DNA of 63,239 nucleotides, counting the filler, from Hyphochytrium catenoides (lineage: Eukaryota > Protista > Hyphochytriomycota): NCBI GenBank assembly GCA_900088475.1. It is 6 parts of 6 records of this genome, joined end to end, with 100 filler letters (N's around TTAATTAATTAA, not from the genome) between each part and the next. Parts side by side here need not be neighbours in the genome. Positions count along the whole stretch, not along the records: positions 57,744 to 59,983 come from FLMG01004527.1; positions 60,084 to 61,437 come from FLMG01003340.1; positions 61,538 to 63,239 come from FLMG01002253.1; 3 more parts are not named here. One strand, written 5' to 3'. Position numbers and translations under genes: made by a program. Below the pieces are notes generated by a model. That model worked only from the letters and a program-made list of their open reading frames with translations, did not search any database and was not told where the DNA came from. Below, one piece after another: positions 58,282 through 63,239 of the stretch. Position 1 is the stretch's first letter. Every line of letters starts with the position of its first letter.

Positions 58282-58593
58282 TGCGAAGCTGGGTCTTCCC
58301 TACGTTCTCCTGCTCAATCTGTTCAGCCCTGCTATGATCTGGCGTCCACAGAAAGCTTATCACTTCGATAAACATCCAGAAGGTGCCGAGGGAGATAGGC
58401 TTTACCACGGCATTCTGTACATCTTATATATTACAATTTGCGGGGGAGACACTTCTAGTTCCTAGTCAGCAGTGCAAAGCTGGGAGTGGTGCTACATTTC
58501 GCTGTGTACTGGACTGGCTGACTTCATTTTGAGACATAAGCCGCCATTAGCTTCGTCATTTCAGTTGTCTGGTCATGTCCCTGCACCCCTCGA

Positions 58594-59657
58594 CTACGGA
58601 GTTCTCGTCCATTGATAAGTGCCATTTATAATGATCCCCAGGATTTGTGCGGATGTCAGTGTTACTAAGGCGTAGCGGTAAGCATTCCAGACTTCAGCTT
58701 TGCTAGAGAAGAGCCTCAGTTCGTTTACAAAGGTAGATACAGTTGAAAGTGAGCCAGCGAAGCCCTGTGACGAGTGAGGTCAGCGAATTGCCCCCAAGCG
58801 TGCACCCAAAGGAAAGATGAAGAGTAAGGAGATAAATATCGGAAAGGTTAAAAGGAATGGATATAGAGCGTCCTCAAGTGGGATCTTGAATAGCACATCA
58901 CACACATTGAAAGAGAGGGACACAGAGAGAGGAACAGAGAAAGAGTGAGACAGCAGCGGAAAGCTAATGCGAAGGCCCCAACAGAATGGGAAGAGCGAAA
59001 TGACCAAAGTGAAAAGCTGGAGACGATGTCAGAAGATAACGAGTAAGGGATAGGAGAGTGACGCTGAAAGGGAGACAAGATACGGTAGGGGAAGACTTAC
59101 GGTGGTTAGCGCCACGGTCCACATGTTAGCTTCCCACCCGCCAAAGGCGAGGGAAACATGGACAAGCGAGCTAATCAGAAAGCCCAGCATATTGGCGATG
59201 AAGGTGAATAAAGGAAAGGACGGGATGCGGCTGTTATACTGAGCTAGCCACCAGCGCAGCAGAGCTCCTGGCGGACCCCAGGCTGTTGCCAGCCAATACT
59301 GCCTTCTATTGTGTTTAGCATCAGTGAAGGCGAGAATCCAGAGAGAAAGGGACAAACCTCCCAGGAGAAGAAGCTTGATCCAAAGTGCCGCATGTCTTCT
59401 CTGTGTCTTGCGATGTGAGCTCTCGTATGGGGCAAAAGTCTCCTCTAGCTCGGCAGTTCTAGCTCCAAGCACATCCACGAGGTCTAAGAGGACAGAGTGA
59501 AAAGACTTGCCGGCTACGGTGGCAGAAGAGGAAGTTGGAGCAATGTCTCCTGTCTTGCTAAGGCCGTCAAGTGCCTCCTTAGCGTCTGCCTGTAGCTAAC
59601 AGAGTCAAGGGAAGGCTGCGTAAGTCACAAATGGACGTGGAAGAGGAGAAAGCGAAC

Positions 59658-59721
<64 letters not shown>

Positions 59722-59983
59722 GCTGCTGCCAGAAAAGTGCGAGAAAAAAAGTCGGAGAGGCGTGAAGACATTGCTAACAGCGCTACCTTCTCAGCTTTGG
59801 AAGCTATCAGACTGATCTCCGCGACAGGATCCGAAGGCTGGTGTACAAGCCCCAGATGCACGACTAGAGTCCCGCAGTGCGCTCCCAGGGTCAGACAAGA
59901 CAGGAACACCAGTAGCTGTGTAGCCTATTTGCATGGAAACCCATGTCGGCATGATCAGCAGGCTTGAACGGTTTGTGCCAACC
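58594..59983 (-). CDS. FEX: Fluoride export channel of the FEX/CrcB family, multi-exon, 5'-truncated
   Basis: GPPGALLRWWLA, FPLFTFIANMLG, then after an intron GFAGSLSTVSTFVNE, and YRYALVTL...QWTRTP*. Confidence 0.88.
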
Positions 59984-60083
59984 NNNNNNNNNNNNNNNNN
60001 NNNNNNNNNNNNNNNNNNNNNNNNNNNTTAATTAATTAANNNNNNNNNNNNNNNNNNNNNNNNNNNNNNNNNNNNNNNNNNNN
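59984..60083. other. Artificial contig-joining spacer
   Basis: N44-TTAATTAATTAA-N44. Confidence 0.97.
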
Positions 60084-60121
<38 letters not shown>

Positions 60122-60445
60122 GAGACAGGGAAGATGCACTTCAAGATGCAAACGGTACACCTGCCGCATCCTTTCGATCAGTCTGGTAACCGACATCAGA
60201 CATCAAAGTGCGACCATTATTCGAGACGATAACACACTTCTCTCATTTATTCCTGAGAAATACGGACAAGATATTAAACCAATTATGTACAGCACTAAAC
60301 ATATGAGTACAGCAACAACGAACTGCATGCCAATACTTCTGGCAATCTGGAGTCTCTGTCAGAGTCTGCAGATGAAGATTCTCAATGCAGATTTCCCTGC
60401 TCAGCAGGATTTAAAACAGTTGGATGTAAGCAATAAAGAAGAATT

Positions 60446-61437
60446 TCACCAGGCAATGGGCTGAGGAATGTAGCGGCTGATGAGGGTCTCGTACTCCGGC
60501 CAGAGCTCGTCAATGGTGGCTGCACTGAGAGGGTTGAGAGACGAGCCCAGGGAATAGTCTCTAAATAGCTGCGCCCAGTAGCGAAGGTCCATATCCTCCA
60601 TCGTCAGCAAGTGCTCTGCAAATAAAGAGCGATGAGCTATGCAGAGGGAGAGAGGGGGAGCCGAGAGAGAGATGGAATAGTTTGATGGTGATTGATGGAG
60701 GAAGGAGTGCGCGAGAGTTGGCATGCGAAAGGTCTTGGCTCTTACCGTAGACATTGGATGACAGCAGGACTCCACAGTGCCGATAGCGAATCATAGCTAG
60801 AGCTTCTTTCGGGAGATAGCTCTTAGCCTTGAGGAGAACGTGGTAAAGGTACTCGTCAGGAGTAAACGGCATGAGGACATTCTCCAAGCCGCAGTTAGCT
60901 GAGTACATTCCCAGCTGGGAATTATACCGCAGATCTTCGGCATCTGGATTCAGTTTGTTCACTTCCGAACGCGGAAGCTCATCCGGCAACCGGCAGCCAA
61001 CTATCCAGCTCTCGCCATTTTGAATCCATTGTTCTCCACAATCCAGCTTGTGCCCTGCCTTCATCTCCTGATGCAACCTGTGCAGAAGAATCTGCCCAAG
61101 CCCTGCCACCAATGCAGTCAACTGGCGGGAAGTAACGAGGTTTTGAGAAGTGTCGATGAAGGAAAGAGTTGGTTAGACGACGCTCATACACTATTCGAAG
61201 AGATCATGCACTGTTACCTGCATCCAATCTGGATGGCCATCCAGACGTATCTTCTCTGCTAGAGCTAAACTTTTCCCAGCTAACACTGGATTTCCTGCTC
61301 TAATTCGTCTCCACGCCTGACTGATAGTTAGCTCCAAATCCGGACGGTCCAAGTATTTTGACCGCATCCGCTGCACAAAGTCAACTGTTTGAAACTTCCG
61401 CATGATTCGCAGGTGCAGATCCTCCAGAGTACTGGCA
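60446..61437 (-). CDS. Myo-inositol oxygenase (MIOX) family homolog lacking its metal ligands; 3 exons visible, 5'-truncated
   Basis: QTVDFV, AEKIR..HPDWMQ|L, QW..GESWIVGC, NPDAEDLRYNSQLGMYSANCGLENVLM, DEYLYHVL, LPKEALAMIRY, LWPEYETLISRYIPQPIAW*. Two GT-AG introns at ~61122-61218 and ~60617-60745. Confidence 0.85.
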
Positions 61438-61537
61438 NNNNNNNNNNNNNNNNNNNNNNNNNNNNNNNNNNNNNNNNNNNNTTAATTAATTAANNNNNNN
61501 NNNNNNNNNNNNNNNNNNNNNNNNNNNNNNNNNNNNN
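61438..61537. other. Artificial contig-joining spacer
   Basis: N44-TTAATTAATTAA-N44. Confidence 0.97.
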
Positions 61538-61538
61538 C

Positions 61539-61572
<34 letters not shown>

Positions 61573-61779
61573 CCTTTTTTCTCACTCTCTCTCCTCTTCT
61601 GTGTGGGGCTCCCACCACAGCCGTCGCATTACGCCTTCCCAGGCGCTCTTTTCTCTGATTTCCTGCACGTAGAGGCTTCTTGAAAGCGAAACAGCTGTTC
61701 TCTTCCACTAACTTTCGTCTTGTTCTCTCTCTCATTTCATGGGACCTCCTCCTCCATCTCTCTTTCTCTTGTTTCTCTC

Positions 61780-62033
61780 TCCTTTTCTCGTCTCTGTCTG
61801 TCTCTGCCTCCCTCTCGTCATCTTTCTTCGAGAGGACTTACCTTTAGATCCTTGGGCCGGTCCTTGACACTCTGACCTAGCGCCAGAGGAGCGACGCCCA
61901 GCTTCTGGAGCTCTTTCAGCTCTCTCTCCTTTTGTTCTTTCTAAGCAGCACAATCAACAGTTCAATTTCTACAGGGCAGAGAGGCGGCTCAAGCAAGAGA
62001 GAGACACAGAACGAGGGAAGAGGGGGAGAAAGA

Positions 62034-62064
<31 letters not shown>

Positions 62065-62753
62065 CACGCGGCGCACTAATAAGAGACAGAGGGCGCGCAA
62101 GACATAAAACAGCGACTCCGATAGAGATGATGAAAGGACTTTAGAGATTGCGAGAGGTACACTTGGAGCAGTAGTACGTAGATGGAGAGAGAGGGAGACG
62201 TGAGGAAGAGGAAGACGGGCAGAGAGAGTGCTGAGAGGAGAGTAGTCGGAGAGAGGGCCGGGGAAGGGGACCGGGCNNNNNNNNNNNNNNNNNNNNNNNN
62301 NNNNNNNNNNNNNNNNNNNNNNNAGAGAGAGAGAAAGAGCAGTATAATCAGACCTCGTACTCGGCATTTCCCCCAGTGGCCTTCTCAAAGTCTTCAAAGA
62401 GGTTGATGTGCCCCGAGACAGAGCTTCCAACGGTCACAGAGGCAGAGGGGGAAGTGGAAGGAGGAAGGAGAGACGAAGCCGAAGGAGAGGAAAGAGCAGG
62501 GGCGATCTCAGCTGAAGTGAACTCAACTTCTGCTCTTTTTGCCTTTGACCTGTCAGGACAGAAGAGAAGAGAGAGAAAAGAGAGAGAGACACAGAGAGAA
62601 AGAGAGACACACACAGAGAGAGAGAGAGAGAATAAGAGAGGGGGAAACGGAAAGAAGGTGAGAGAGGGATTATGGTTATTGCCAGCAGACAGCTTTTTCC
62701 CTGACTCTCCAGGCAGCAAAGGAGAGGCGGAACGAAGATGAAAAAGTTAAAGG

Positions 62754-62793
<40 letters not shown>

Positions 62794-62954
62794 AACCCGA
62801 GACAGCCCACTTACCTCTCTCTTAGGATGGCAAGGCGGACCTCTCCTTCCGCCTGTTCCTCCTTTTGTTTCCTCTTGATCTTTTCTTCAGCATGCAGCCG
62901 CTCATCGCGCTTCACTCTCTCGATGTTATCGCGCTTCCAGACGTGCCACGTCTT
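61780..62954 (-). CDS. LENG1 / Cir_N-domain splicing-associated protein, fragmentary and multi-exon
   Basis: KTWHVWKRDNIERVKRDE...EVRLAILRER, and a downstream exon with GHINLFEDFE..GNAEYE. Interrupted by N gaps. Confidence 0.7.
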
Positions 62955-63239
62955 NNNNNNNNNNNNNNNNNNNNNNNNNNNNNNNNNNCTGTGCTCAAAT
63001 GGTTTACCTTTCAGACTGCGCACAGAATGACTGAGCGATGGCGTGATGAGAGATAGGGCCATGCAGGCAACGCAGCTGCTGTCATGCCTTTGAAGACGTT
63101 GAGGACAGGAGGAAAAGATGAAAAGATGACAGAGCGAAGAGAGGGAGGGAAAGAAGGGAGAAGAAAGGGGAGGGGATGGGAGTAAGGAGTACGAAAAGGA
63201 AAGAAAAGAGAGAGATGAGAAGGGGGGAGAGAGAGAGAG

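Overview
Intron-rich eukaryotic draft genome sequence, probably a protist. The mitochondrial urea-cycle-type CPS and the HSF motifs suggest a stramenopile, but that is an inference. It is loaded with (CT)n/(AG)n microsatellites. The window is not one locus: six separate contigs are joined by artificial 100-nt spacers (N44-TTAATTAATTAA-N44) at 31226, 48009, 57644, 59984 and 61438. Contig 1 carries three recognisable genes: a secreted heme peroxidase whose catalytic domain is split by a ~400-aa mucin-like insert, a ~17-exon fused carbamoyl-phosphate synthetase (CPS I/III-like), and, head-to-head with the CPS, an intronless acetylglutamate kinase / acetylglutamyl-phosphate reductase fusion. The CPS leader holds a single 39-codon uORF ending SHDYFDTLAWTIL, with the DY-x5-W spacing of the fungal arginine attenuator peptide. 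The best candidate system is therefore a divergent arginine/ornithine gene pair with possible nascent-peptide translational control outside fungi. The other contigs carry a RAD7-like LRR gene, a RanBP2-zinc-finger class II HDAC, a Mutator-type MITE with a 9-bp TSD, an HSF, a bacterial-type class III cyclase with a PilZ-like tail, a FEX/CrcB fluoride exporter, a MIOX homolog lacking all six iron ligands, and a LENG1/Cir_N fragment. Exon boundaries were read by eye and are approximate.
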